Shown here in pieces: positions 27,537 through 36,047 of a stretch of 64,000 bases of DNA; position 1 is the first letter of the stretch, and each line of letters begins with the position of its first letter. A model generated the notes under the pieces. It made no database searches. It was not told the DNA's origin and saw only the letters and a list, made by a program, of their open reading frames with translations. The stretch is from Bdellovibrionota bacterium (GTDB taxonomy: Bacteria; Bdellovibrionota; UBA1018; CAIPTA01; JAALKR01): NCBI GenBank assembly GCA_965207455.1, contig CBDBMJ010000003.1, positions 281,838-345,837 on the forward strand, read 5' to 3'. The translations under genes were made by a program, and so were the position numbers.

Positions 27537-28721
27537 ATGAAATCAAAAATAATTTTAGCATATTCAGGAGGCCTGGACACATCTGCAATTATTCCTTGGC
27601 TCAAAAAGGAATACCATGCAGAGGTTATCGCCTACTGCTGTGATGTAGGCAATCTACCCAATGAAAAATGGTTGGAAGACAGAGCACTTAGCCTAGGAGC
27701 CAGTCAATTTATTTTTGAAAACCTAAAGGAAGAATTTGTGACAGATTTCGTATACCCAATGCTTCGAACGGGAGCCACGTATCAAGAAGACTATTTACTT
27801 GGAACTGCCATAGCACGCCCCCTGATAGCTCAAAAAATTGCCATCAAAGCAAAAGAGCTAAATGCGGAAGCCATTGCCCATGGAGCCACAGGCAAAGGCA
27901 ACGACCAATTAAGATTTGAAAAGGCTTGGGCATACCTCGTGCCCAATATAAAAGTCATTGCCCCTTGGCGCTCTTGGGAATTCACAGGCAGGAATGATCT
28001 GCAATCATTTCTCAATGAACAAGGGGAATCCAACGTTAAATCGGCTTATAGCATCGACAGTAACTTGCTCCACACATCAACAGAGGGCTCAGTGCTGGAA
28101 GATATTGAAAGAAACTATAACATAGAAGAAATTCAAGCATTGTCCATACCATCTAAATCCCTAACAACATCTCTCGAAATCGAATTTAAAAATGGAATAC
28201 CCATTGCATTAAACGGCAATACTTGTGGAGCAGAGAAAATGCTGACCCTATTAAATGAAATTGGACAAAAACATGGGCTTGGCATTGTTGACCTTGTTGA
28301 AGAACGAGTCAATGGTATCAAAAGCAGAGGAATATACGTTACACCCGGCGGAACACTTCTTCAATTTGCATTAAAGCAAATAAAACAAATTTGTTGGGAG
28401 AGATCCCTTTATAGATTGGCACAGAATCTTGGCCAAGAGTATGGACAACTTATCTACGACGGAGATTGGTTTTCTGAGTCCCGACTTGCACTAGAAGAAT
28501 TCTTCAAAAAAGCTTGTTGTTCTTTAACAGGAGCAGTTGGAATAAAGATTGTGGATAATCAAATATTTGTCACAAAACGACATAGCAAATTCAGTCTCTA
28601 CAATAAGAACCATGTGAGCTTTGAAGAAGATGAAATTGGTTTCAATAAAGCTGCCTCAGGTTATAGTGTCTTTGCCACGTATTCCAGCAAGATGGCTGGT
28701 CTCGTGAGGAGATATACATGA
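27537..28721 (+). CDS. argG: argininosuccinate synthase
   Basis: LAYSGGLDTS, YLLGTAIARP, HGATGKGNDQLRFE, GIKSRGIY. Confidence 0.97.
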   Translation: MKSKIILAYSGGLDTSAIIPWLKKEYHAEVIAYCCDVGNLPNEKWLEDRALSLGASQFIFENLKEEFVTDFVYPMLRTGATYQEDYLLGTAIARPLIAQKIAIKAKELNAEAIAHGATGKGNDQLRFEKAWAYLVPNIKVIAPWRSWEFTGRNDLQSFLNEQGESNVKSAYSIDSNLLHTSTEGSVLEDIERNYNIEEIQALSIPSKSLTTSLEIEFKNGIPIALNGNTCGAEKMLTLLNEIGQKHGLGIVDLVEERVNGIKSRGIYVTPGGTLLQFALKQIKQICWERSLYRLAQNLGQEYGQLIYDGDWFSESRLALEEFFKKACCSLTGAVGIKIVDNQIFVTKRHSKFSLYNKNHVSFEEDEIGFNKAASGYSVFATYSSKMAGLVRRYT

Positions 28722-30058
28722 AGGTATTAAACTCAAATGTTTCAAACCCGTCGAAGAATGAATTATTCAATTTCACCAATGGATTGGATATGGATATATT
28801 ACTCTACAAACAGGAAATTAAAGTTCAGAAGGCTTGGCTTGCTCAACTAGTAAAGACCAGAATTATACAAACCAAAGAGGGAGAACTAATTCGTTTAGCA
28901 CTCTGCGAAGCCAAAGAACTAATGGCATCGGGGGATTTCAACTGGAAGGTTGAAGATGAAGATATTCACATGAACATCGAGAGGTTTATTATTGAGAAAT
29001 GTGGTGAGGTGGGTAAAAAAATTCATTTAGGTAGATCAAGAAACGACCTAATCGCAACCACATTAAGACTTTACGTTTATGAGTGCATAAACAAAATTCA
29101 ACAACTTATCTCAAACGTAGGACTAGAGATAAAAAATCAATCATTGGAATGGATAAATGTACTTGTACCAGGAATGACTCATCTCCAATTCGGTCAACCC
29201 ATTAGGCTAGGCCATGCATTTTCTTCCCATGGATACGCCCTAATGAGAGATCAAAAACGATTACATGACGTAACAACAGAATGTTTATCCTATTGCCCTT
29301 TGGGAGCAGCAGCTTTTGCCGGCACACATTTATCTATTGATCTTAAATCTCTCGCAAACGAACTAGGATTCTCAAACCCACTACTACATTCTTACGATGC
29401 CGTAGGAGATCGTGATTTTATCTTAGATGCCTTGAATAGCTTTTCTCTTCTATCTGTTCACCTCGCAAGGCTATCCGAGGAAATAATGTATTGGTCATCC
29501 ACTCCAATGGGAGTATTGGACTTACCAAATCAATACTCAACTGGCAGTTCAATTATGCCAAATAAACGAAACCCAGATGTGCCAGAACTGGTGCGAGCAA
29601 AAATGGCAAGGGTGATGTCTTGCGCCCAAGAGGGCTCCATTATTGTAAAGGCCGTTGTTCCAAGTTACGGAACAGATCTACATGAATTGAAAAGAACTTT
29701 TGTATTATCCTTTAAAGAATTAAGCGCATCACTTAAAATTTTATCTCCATTCGTAAATGGATTAAAATGCAATACAGGCGCAGCTAAAGAAAAATTAATG
29801 TCGGGCCATATTCTCGCAACAGATGTGGCTAATAAGCTTTGCCAGGAAGGCGTCCCTTTCAGAGATGCCTACCTAAAGACAGCAGCCTTTGTTCATGAAG
29901 CCAATAAAAATAATAAGCAAGTCCATGAAATTGCTACTACGAAAATGGGATTCGATTTTTCTGCTGAAACCGCTGTTGAAGATAGAAAAAACCTCGGCGG
30001 AACCGCCCATAACCAAGCCCTTTCTGCTGTAATGAACCTCTCTTTTGGCTCCAGTTAG
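28718..30058 (+). CDS. argH: argininosuccinate lyase
   Basis: EDIHMNIE, GRSRND, PGMTHLQ, GSSIMPNKRNPD, GVPFRDAY. Confidence 0.96.
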   Translation: MKVLNSNVSNPSKNELFNFTNGLDMDILLYKQEIKVQKAWLAQLVKTRIIQTKEGELIRLALCEAKELMASGDFNWKVEDEDIHMNIERFIIEKCGEVGKKIHLGRSRNDLIATTLRLYVYECINKIQQLISNVGLEIKNQSLEWINVLVPGMTHLQFGQPIRLGHAFSSHGYALMRDQKRLHDVTTECLSYCPLGAAAFAGTHLSIDLKSLANELGFSNPLLHSYDAVGDRDFILDALNSFSLLSVHLARLSEEIMYWSSTPMGVLDLPNQYSTGSSIMPNKRNPDVPELVRAKMARVMSCAQEGSIIVKAVVPSYGTDLHELKRTFVLSFKELSASLKILSPFVNGLKCNTGAAKEKLMSGHILATDVANKLCQEGVPFRDAYLKTAAFVHEANKNNKQVHEIATTKMGFDFSAETAVEDRKNLGGTAHNQALSAVMNLSFGSS

Positions 30059-30384
30059 ATTTCGGAGTCTAGCTGATTTTTAGAAAACAAGATTTTGCTA
30101 TAACGATCAATATGATCCTTCAGCGGTGGATAGGTGATTAAATGGTAAGCATTGACGTCGACCTTGTAAGGAAGGCTGCTTTCATGAAATTGCGTCCACA
30201 GACTGCGAATATCCTTATCAGTTATATCACCGTAGACAACTAAATCTATATCTGAATAATTTTTATAAGAACCAGTGGCCCTTGATCCAAACAAGGATAT
30301 TTTATCAATACGACTAACAAAATCTTTACAAATATTTTTGATGAGTTCTAGTTGCTGTTTTTGTAGCCCATGATTGGCACTCAT
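30055..30384 (-). CDS. MNT minimal nucleotidyltransferase (MntA-type antitoxin)
   Basis: LFGSRATG...SDIDL, LPYKVDV. Confidence 0.9.
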   Translation of the reverse strand: MSANHGLQKQQLELIKNICKDFVSRIDKISLFGSRATGSYKNYSDIDLVVYGDITDKDIRSLWTQFHESSLPYKVDVNAYHLITYPPLKDHIDRYSKILFSKNQLDSEI

Positions 30385-30806
30385 GTTTTTTCCATATATT
30401 TTTCTGCTAACGTTTCATAAAGCTCACTAAAGCAATTAAGATACTTCTTTCTTATTTCTTCTATTGCTCGCTCAAACGCTTTAAAGTCATAGGTGTGGCT
30501 CATGGCATTGCGCAGGTCTAGTGCCTCCATCCAACCCTGTTCGTGAGATATTAACTTACTAGCAATAGCCTCTTTCAGTACGGCTCTAGGTGTAATCTGA
30601 GCAAATACCACCCCCTGACCCTCTAAATAATCTTTAATAGTTTTCCACGCCAACTTACTACAATACTTAAACCTTCTTATAGTTCCCTCTTTTTCCAGTT
30701 GATTTAAGTGCCCACTCTCAATCTGGTCTATCGCCTCTGCCAGTAAAATATAGGCTCTCTTGTAATTATCAAATCTATATTGCCAACGCTCCTTGCTTTT
30801 TTTCAT
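30381..30806 (-). CDS. HEPN / nucleotidyltransferase substrate-binding protein (HI0074/HepT-type toxin)
   Basis: RWQYRFDNYKRA, LAWKTIKDYL, RNAMSHTY (RX4HXY); 4-bp overlap with MNT gene. Confidence 0.9.
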   Translation of the reverse strand: MKKSKERWQYRFDNYKRAYILLAEAIDQIESGHLNQLEKEGTIRRFKYCSKLAWKTIKDYLEGQGVVFAQITPRAVLKEAIASKLISHEQGWMEALDLRNAMSHTYDFKAFERAIEEIRKKYLNCFSELYETLAEKYMEKT

Positions 30807-30976
30807 AACTTCCTCTCAAGCCTTTCTTTTCTATTCTATCGCACAGTCCCTACTGTAACCGCTAATTCCCCCAATTTAACCATTTGATCACGTTTAGATC
30901 ACGCAGAAATAGATTCAGCCTTCCGTAGACTTTGTTAATATTTTACTATAATACAGTCAGAAATTATCAAGTTTCG

Positions 30977-31987
30977 TCAGGGACTAGCGGGAGACTTTTT
31001 ATTGCTGCTCGTAAGAGATTCCATAGCTTTTCCAAAACCACCATCAGAGCTATCTAGATCCATTACACCTTGGGCAACAGGTTCTTTACTAGTATCTGCT
31101 AAAAAGGTCTTAGGCTTACCTTCGAGGTATTTTATGTAGTCCTCCATAGAAGCCCCATGGTTATCCTTGACATATTCTCTATAGTCGGCTTCTTTTGAGC
31201 TTTCTATTCTGACTAAAGTAGCTTCACCTATTATTGGATGGGTTCTCCTCCTTGAGAGAGATTCAAATTTATATATAATATCCTCAACGTCACCTAGTAA
31301 ATCAGCTTTTCTCTGAGAACTTTTTCCTATTTCTATCGCCATCAAGCCACCAGCTATCTTAATTCCACCCATTAAATAGGCTTTTCCCATTGCCTTTTGG
31401 ATTTTTCCTTGTGCATTAGCTTTTTGAGTCAAACAGTTAGAATTTGTGGGAGCACATTGAATGCTGTCGATTCTTTTCTTTTCAGACAACAATGCTTTTA
31501 AGGCCAAACTTATATCGACTGCTCCGGCTACGTTAAGGGCAGTACCAGCTGCTTTATGGAGTTTCGCTGATGATTCTAAAGATTTTCTGTCATTGCCTTT
31601 TTTAATAAGGTGTTTAGACACGCTTGCTCCTACTGCCACAAACCCAGCACGTTGTGACCATTTATGAATTTGCGAAGAATTTTTCAGTCCCTCACTCGCC
31701 TCTTTAGCTTTTCTTAGACAGTCCGCTTGGGCTGCAGGGTTAGTAGAGGTGCAACCAGTCGTTACCAGGGTAGTATCTATCTCTTCTGCTGCTTCCTGAA
31801 AATCATTACACTCATCTGGCCAGACTCCATCTAAGAAACCAGATGACATTGAACATTTAGACGCTGCTATAGCTCCATTTGGAAATACCACTAGTACGAG
31901 ACCGAAAATTAAAGCAGTGCCTAGTGTTTGCTTTGAGCGGAATAATACAGCGGACTGTGGTGATAAGTGTTTCTCTCTAGACTGCAT
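30977..31987 (-). CDS. hypothetical exported protein, Ala/Gly/Lys-rich helices with Cys pairs
   Basis: signal-like hydrophobic stretch ending AIA; GGGAGG RBS before MQSRE; sigma70-like promoter upstream. Confidence 0.6.
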   Translation of the reverse strand: MQSREKHLSPQSAVLFRSKQTLGTALIFGLVLVVFPNGAIAASKCSMSSGFLDGVWPDECNDFQEAAEEIDTTLVTTGCTSTNPAAQADCLRKAKEASEGLKNSSQIHKWSQRAGFVAVGASVSKHLIKKGNDRKSLESSAKLHKAAGTALNVAGAVDISLALKALLSEKKRIDSIQCAPTNSNCLTQKANAQGKIQKAMGKAYLMGGIKIAGGLMAIEIGKSSQRKADLLGDVEDIIYKFESLSRRRTHPIIGEATLVRIESSKEADYREYVKDNHGASMEDYIKYLEGKPKTFLADTSKEPVAQGVMDLDSSDGGFGKAMESLTSSNKKSPASP

Positions 31988-32034
31988 AAATAACCTCCCC
32001 AAGGTGTTATGGTTAAAAAAACCTATATAGTACT

Positions 32035-32063
32035 ATTTTAATACGGTATTGGGGTTTTGGCAA
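32035..32063 (-). promoter_or_regulatory. putative sigma70 promoter of 30977..31987
   Basis: TTGCCA-17 bp-TAAAAT on minus strand. Confidence 0.5.
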
Positions 32064-32138
32064 GAGGTATTCATCAGAGAAAATCCTTAAAAATCAATAA
32101 AGATGAAATGTGACTAAATACTTTGCACCTTAATTTTC

Positions 32139-32156
32139 GAGGTTGTTGCATAAATA
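32139..32156. mobile_element. orphan IS903-group terminal inverted repeat
   Basis: GAGGTTGTTGCATAAATA vs left end GGTGTTGTTGCATAAATA of the intact element at 32473. Confidence 0.6.
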
Positions 32157-32227
32157 CCCTGTACTGCTCATATTTTTGAGTTGAGAGATTTTAGCCTCCC
32201 TCAAGTTATATCTATAATGCGTATCAT

Positions 32228-32256
32228 AAAAGTGTCCGTTTTTTCGGGAAAGATCA
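32228..32256 (-). mobile_element. IS3-family terminal repeat remnant
   Basis: minus strand TGATCTTTCCCGAAAAAACGGACACTTTT resembles the IS3-type end TGATCTT.CCC......GGACAC; ends exactly where the ISL3 fragment begins. Confidence 0.55.
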
Positions 32257-32386
32257 GTCTCACCAATGCTCGTATTGAAGGATTCAATCGAAAGTGTAAG
32301 CTCCTTCAGCGGCAGGCATACGGTTTTCAAAACTTTGAGAACTATAAGGCTGCGAGCACTCTACAAATGTAGTTAGGGCCAACTAG
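32257..32386 (+). pseudogene. ISL3 transposase 3' fragment (frameshifted)
   Basis: near-identical to 34689-34819, with a 1-bp insertion (tataaggc vs tataggc) and a 2-bp deletion. Confidence 0.85.
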
Positions 32387-32472
32387 GGGTCTCCTAACTT
32401 GATGGTGTACGCGCCGCTTCCTGACCATTTTACTTAGATGAGACATAGGTACCAACTTTCAGTAAGATTAAA

Positions 32473-33612
32473 GGTGTTGTTGCATAAATAGCTCCAAATT
32501 GAGTCTGTGAGAGACCTCTAGTGCCCTCTGGGGCCTTCTGACGCGCCTAACTATATACCTTCAGCAAAAATATACTTAAATTGAAAGAAGGCAAGGAGGC
32601 CGACTATGAGTAAAAGAACGAAGAAAAACATCAATTGGTCAGAATATAACCGAGCATTGATAAAGCGTGGAGATATAAATTTATGGCTCGATGACGATAT
32701 GATAAAAAATTGGTATGCTCCTAGAAATCCCAACCCCCAGCGAGGTCGTCCATTCATATATAGTGATCGCTGTATAGAGCTAGGACTTATCTTTCGTAGC
32801 CTATTTCATTTACCCTTGCGTGCAACCCAAGGGTTTATGTGTTCGATGTTTAAGCTCATTAAAATAGGAGCATTAAAAATTCCAAACTATAGTTCATTTT
32901 CTCGACGTTCAAAAGATTTAAAAGTAAATATTTCCTATAAAGCAAAGACCCAAGGAATTACTGATATCGCCGTAGACTCTACCGGAATAAAAATCTTTGG
33001 AGAGGGTGAGTGGAAGATGCGAACTCATGGTAAAGGGAAGCGAAGGACTTGGAGAAAACTACACTTGGCAGTAGACCCCGATAGCCATCAAATCGTGAGC
33101 ATGGAACTGACAAAAGCCACTGTCCACGACGATCAAATGATGAAGCCATTACTAAAAGGTTTAAAAAATATAGGCAGAGTATATGCTGATGGCGCCTATG
33201 TCTCTAGAAATTGCTTTACTGCTATCGCAGAAACTGGAGCAAAGGCCAGCATAGCTCTCAGGACAGGTACATCAAAGTCTCAGGTCAGAGGAGACCCAGG
33301 TCTTAGTTTAAGGGATAAATTAGTTGAAGAGATTTGGAGTTATGGAGGAAGGCGAGCGTGGAAAAAACAAACAGATCATCACAAGCGATCAAATGTAGAA
33401 ACTTGCATGTATCGCTTCAAAAAAATACTAGGGAATACGCTCTCTAGCAGAAAATTTGAAAATCAGCTCACTGAAGCAAGAACTAAGGTCTTCATTCTCA
33501 ATCGGATGACTCATTTAGGAATGCCCCATTCCTCTACTATTACCTAAAAGATATGTGGATAGGCTCCCTATACCTCAAAATCAATCCTTACAAAATATTA
33601 CGCAACAACCCC
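32473..33612 (+). mobile_element. IS5-family (IS903 group) element, 1140 bp, 9-bp TSD
   Basis: IRs GGTGTTGTTGCATAA / GGGGTTGTTGCGTAA; AAGATTAAA duplicated at 32464-32472 and 33613-33621. Confidence 0.93.
32606..33547 (+). CDS. IS5/IS903-group DDE transposase
   Basis: NWSEYNRALIKRG, VDSTGIK.FGEGEW, RTWRKLHLAVD, ADGAY, RSNVETCMYRFK. Confidence 0.95.
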   Translation: MSKRTKKNINWSEYNRALIKRGDINLWLDDDMIKNWYAPRNPNPQRGRPFIYSDRCIELGLIFRSLFHLPLRATQGFMCSMFKLIKIGALKIPNYSSFSRRSKDLKVNISYKAKTQGITDIAVDSTGIKIFGEGEWKMRTHGKGKRRTWRKLHLAVDPDSHQIVSMELTKATVHDDQMMKPLLKGLKNIGRVYADGAYVSRNCFTAIAETGAKASIALRTGTSKSQVRGDPGLSLRDKLVEEIWSYGGRRAWKKQTDHHKRSNVETCMYRFKKILGNTLSSRKFENQLTEARTKVFILNRMTHLGMPHSSTIT

Positions 33613-33658
33613 AAGATTAAATTGTAAAAGCTTAATTTTATTAAAAGAAAGGACACCT

Positions 33659-34807
33659 ATGTCTCCAGAAAATCATCTCGTAAATCGCTTCATTTTGCCA
33701 GACTTGAAGTTCAAAAAATTCATAAAACAATCTAACAAGACGTTTCTCTTCTTCTGCGTTAAGAAGAGCCAATGGGAAGTATGCCGGAAGTGCCCCACAA
33801 AATCCTTCTCCGTTCATGACAAGAGAATGGTAACCATCAGAGATGCTCGGCTTCAAAACAAGCATGTGAAGCTCATTATTGAGAAACGGCGGTTCCGCTG
33901 TCCAAGGTGCAAATCTGTATTCACTGAATCTATTGATGGTATTAAGGTTGGATTTAGAACCACAGAGAAGTATCGTAATGAACTCCTTTATGACTTCAGG
34001 CAATCGTCTTGCGCAACAACTGTTGCTAAAAAGCTAAGATGCTCCACCTCTTTTGTGACTTACACTGTGAATGAAAGGCTTGAGCTTGAACTTAGAAAGT
34101 CAAGGAACGCTCCTTGGTCTAAAACAGTCTTAATTGATGAGCATGCTTTTGGTCGCAATAAGAAATTCAGGATAAAAGATTTTGTTACTTGCTTTGTCGA
34201 TAATCCTCGTCGATGCCTAAGAGAAATGGCATCTGGTCGTAATCATACTGATCTTTATGAAGCTATTAAACACATCCCTGGGAAAGAAAATGTATCTCAT
34301 GTTGTTATTGATATGAGTGCAAACTATAAAAATTTTGCAGAAAGTTATTTCACAAATGCTCGTATTGTTGTTGATAAGTTTCATGTTTTAAGACTTCTCC
34401 AGCCAGCAATAAGGAAATATAGGAAAGAGGTTACCGGTGATGACAGGAAGAATCCCATAAGGAGGCTTCTCTTAAGGAACGGGAGAGATTTAAAAACCTA
34501 TCAAAAAAGGGCGATTGGAAGATTTTGTAGAGAAAACCCTACCCTTGGTGAGGTCTATAATTTCAAAGAGCGAATAAATAACTTTTATAGAATAAAAGGC
34601 TTCAATCAAGCATCAAGAATTTTAACAAAGATCACTGATGATATGGCCTTATCCAAAATAAAAGAGATTAGAACGATGCGTAGAACAGGTCTCACCAATG
34701 CTCGTATTGAAGGATTCAATCGAAAGTGTAAGCTCCTTCAGCGGCAGGCATACGGTTTTCAAAACTTTGAGAACTATAGGCTGCGAGCACTCTACAAATG
34801 TAGTTAG
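33659..34807 (+). CDS. ISL3 transposase (probable short internal deletion)
   Basis: CxxC...RFRCxxC zinc finger, IDE, IDMS, VDKFHV, TNARIEGFNRKCK..R.AYGF.NF.NYRLR. Confidence 0.9.
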   Translation: MSPENHLVNRFILPDLKFKKFIKQSNKTFLFFCVKKSQWEVCRKCPTKSFSVHDKRMVTIRDARLQNKHVKLIIEKRRFRCPRCKSVFTESIDGIKVGFRTTEKYRNELLYDFRQSSCATTVAKKLRCSTSFVTYTVNERLELELRKSRNAPWSKTVLIDEHAFGRNKKFRIKDFVTCFVDNPRRCLREMASGRNHTDLYEAIKHIPGKENVSHVVIDMSANYKNFAESYFTNARIVVDKFHVLRLLQPAIRKYRKEVTGDDRKNPIRRLLLRNGRDLKTYQKRAIGRFCRENPTLGEVYNFKERINNFYRIKGFNQASRILTKITDDMALSKIKEIRTMRRTGLTNARIEGFNRKCKLLQRQAYGFQNFENYRLRALYKCS

Positions 34808-35028
34808 GGCCAGAACTAGATGCCTTTGAAGGGCCTAAGGTTCGTTTTGGAGTATAGGAAGCACTGATTTTAAAAAATCAGCTGGATAGCTTTATCTTAA
34901 ATCCTATAAATATGTTGAAAATGACTATAAATCATGCGATATCCATGAACAGAAACTGAAAGTTGTTACTCGTGTGAGCCTCTAGGACTGTGTTTTGGAA
35001 TGACTTCCACCATTAACTTTAGAGACCC

Positions 35029-35493
35029 GATATAACGCATTAATTTTTGGCGGAGAGAGAGGGCTCGACCCACTACAGGAAATCCCTTCCAGAGGATTTC
35101 CCTGCGTAGGCTCTCCTACGCAATTTAAAAAATCTTCCACGATTTTTTTCCCCTCACTAGTCCCTCGCTAGCTCGGAACCAGCGCGGGTCATTGCTCCGT
35201 GTTCGAATCCCTCTGCTTATTTTCCTATGTGTGGATGCAAGGGTTTGAAAGGTTTTTATTCCACTTTGTATGTGGCGGAGAGAGAGGGCTCGACCCACTA
35301 CAGGAAACCCCCTCCAGGGATTTCCCTGCGTAGGCTCTCCTACGCAATTTAAAAAATCTTCCACGATTTTTTTCCCCTCACTAGTCCCTCGCTAGCTCGG
35401 AACCAGCGCGGGTCATTGCTCCGTGTTCGAATCCCTGCTTGTTATCGCATTTTGTTGGAGCATACTCACCTTTAGATACAACGCATTAATTTT
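35029..35493 (-). repeat. tRNA-linked array: two ~170-bp structured repeats (35048-35218, 35273-35440), each ending in the tRNA-Ser 3' end, with 53-54-bp unique spacers
   Basis: near-identical cores 225 bp apart; each ends (minus strand) CCCTCTCTCTCCGCCA; 35029-35063 repeats 35475-35509 with 1 mismatch. Confidence 0.9.
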
Positions 35494-35581
35494 TGGCGGA
35501 GAGAGAGGGATTCGAACCCCCGGTGCCTTGCGGCACACCGGTTTTCAAAACCGGAGCATTCGGCCACTCTGCCATCTCTCC
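35494..35581 (-). tRNA. tRNA-Ser(TGA)
   Basis: GGAGAGATGGCAGAGTGGCCGAATGCTCCGGTTTTGAAAACCGGTGTGCCGCAAGGCACCGGGGGTTCGAATCCCTCTCTCTCCGCCA: long variable arm, anticodon TGA, G discriminator, encoded CCA. Confidence 0.97.
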
Positions 35582-35594
35582 TGCTTTCAGTCCT

Positions 35595-35623
35595 AGAATA
35601 CCGTATAGCACTGAAATCATCAA
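35595..35623 (-). promoter_or_regulatory. putative sigma70 promoter of tRNA-Ser
   Basis: TTGATG-17 bp-TATTCT, 13 bp upstream of the tRNA. Confidence 0.55.
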
Positions 35624-35697
35624 ATGAATGTGTGCTCCCCATCCATTCACTGAACAAAAATTCGTATGTTTTTGCAAAACTTTAAAAACCACCCCAC

Positions 35698-35726
35698 TTG
35701 TCAACGTCCTTTTTCAATATTATAGT
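35698..35726 (+). promoter_or_regulatory. putative sigma70 promoter of the grx operon
   Basis: TTGTCA-17 bp-TATAGT. Confidence 0.5.
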
Positions 35727-35784
35727 GGAATTTGGTCTTGTGCCGAAAAAATAACTAGAAGCAACAAAAAAGGACTTTAAAATC

Positions 35785-36045
35785 ATGAAAAAAATAAGCA
35801 TACACACAACAGACTACTGCTCGTTTTGTACGCGCACTAAAGGCTTGCTCGATAGTCTTGGTCTTGCCTTTGAAGAATATAAGGTGGACCGGGAGGACAT
35901 ACAGGCGTGGCAGGATTTAGAGAAAAGATCTGGACTGAAAACAATGCCACAAATTTTTATAGATGAGCTATGTATTGGTGGCTTCCAAGAATTACATGCC
36001 ATGAACGAAAGTGGCGAATTAAAAAAAATATTAGCAAAGGAATAA
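35785..36045 (+). CDS. grxC: dithiol glutaredoxin (Grx3-like)
   Basis: CSFC, TMPQIFI, IGGF. Confidence 0.85.
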   Translation: MKKISIHTTDYCSFCTRTKGLLDSLGLAFEEYKVDREDIQAWQDLEKRSGLKTMPQIFIDELCIGGFQELHAMNESGELKKILAKE

Positions 36046-36047
36046 AA

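Larger units (their letters stand above)
32387..35028 (+). mobile_element. ISL3-family element (interrupted by a nested IS)
   Basis: IRL GGGTCTCCTAACTTGATGGTG at 32387; IRR reads GGGTCTCTAAAGTTAATGGTG on minus strand ending 35028; flanks do not form a TSD. Confidence 0.85.

Noticed and set aside
35029-35493. CRISPR array
   Set aside because: Repeats are ~170 bp and tRNA-derived, only two copies, and there are no cas genes in the window
30055-35493. Integrative element or prophage at tRNA-Ser
   Set aside because: No integrase, and no distal copy of the tRNA 3' end seen left of 35029
35494-35581. tRNA-Sec
   Set aside because: TCA is only the plus-strand reading; the gene is on the minus strand with anticodon TGA and a normal 7-bp acceptor stem
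35125-35704. ORFs 35125..35364, 35472..35657 and 35486..35704
   Set aside because: They overlap the tRNA and structured repeats, with no protein-like features
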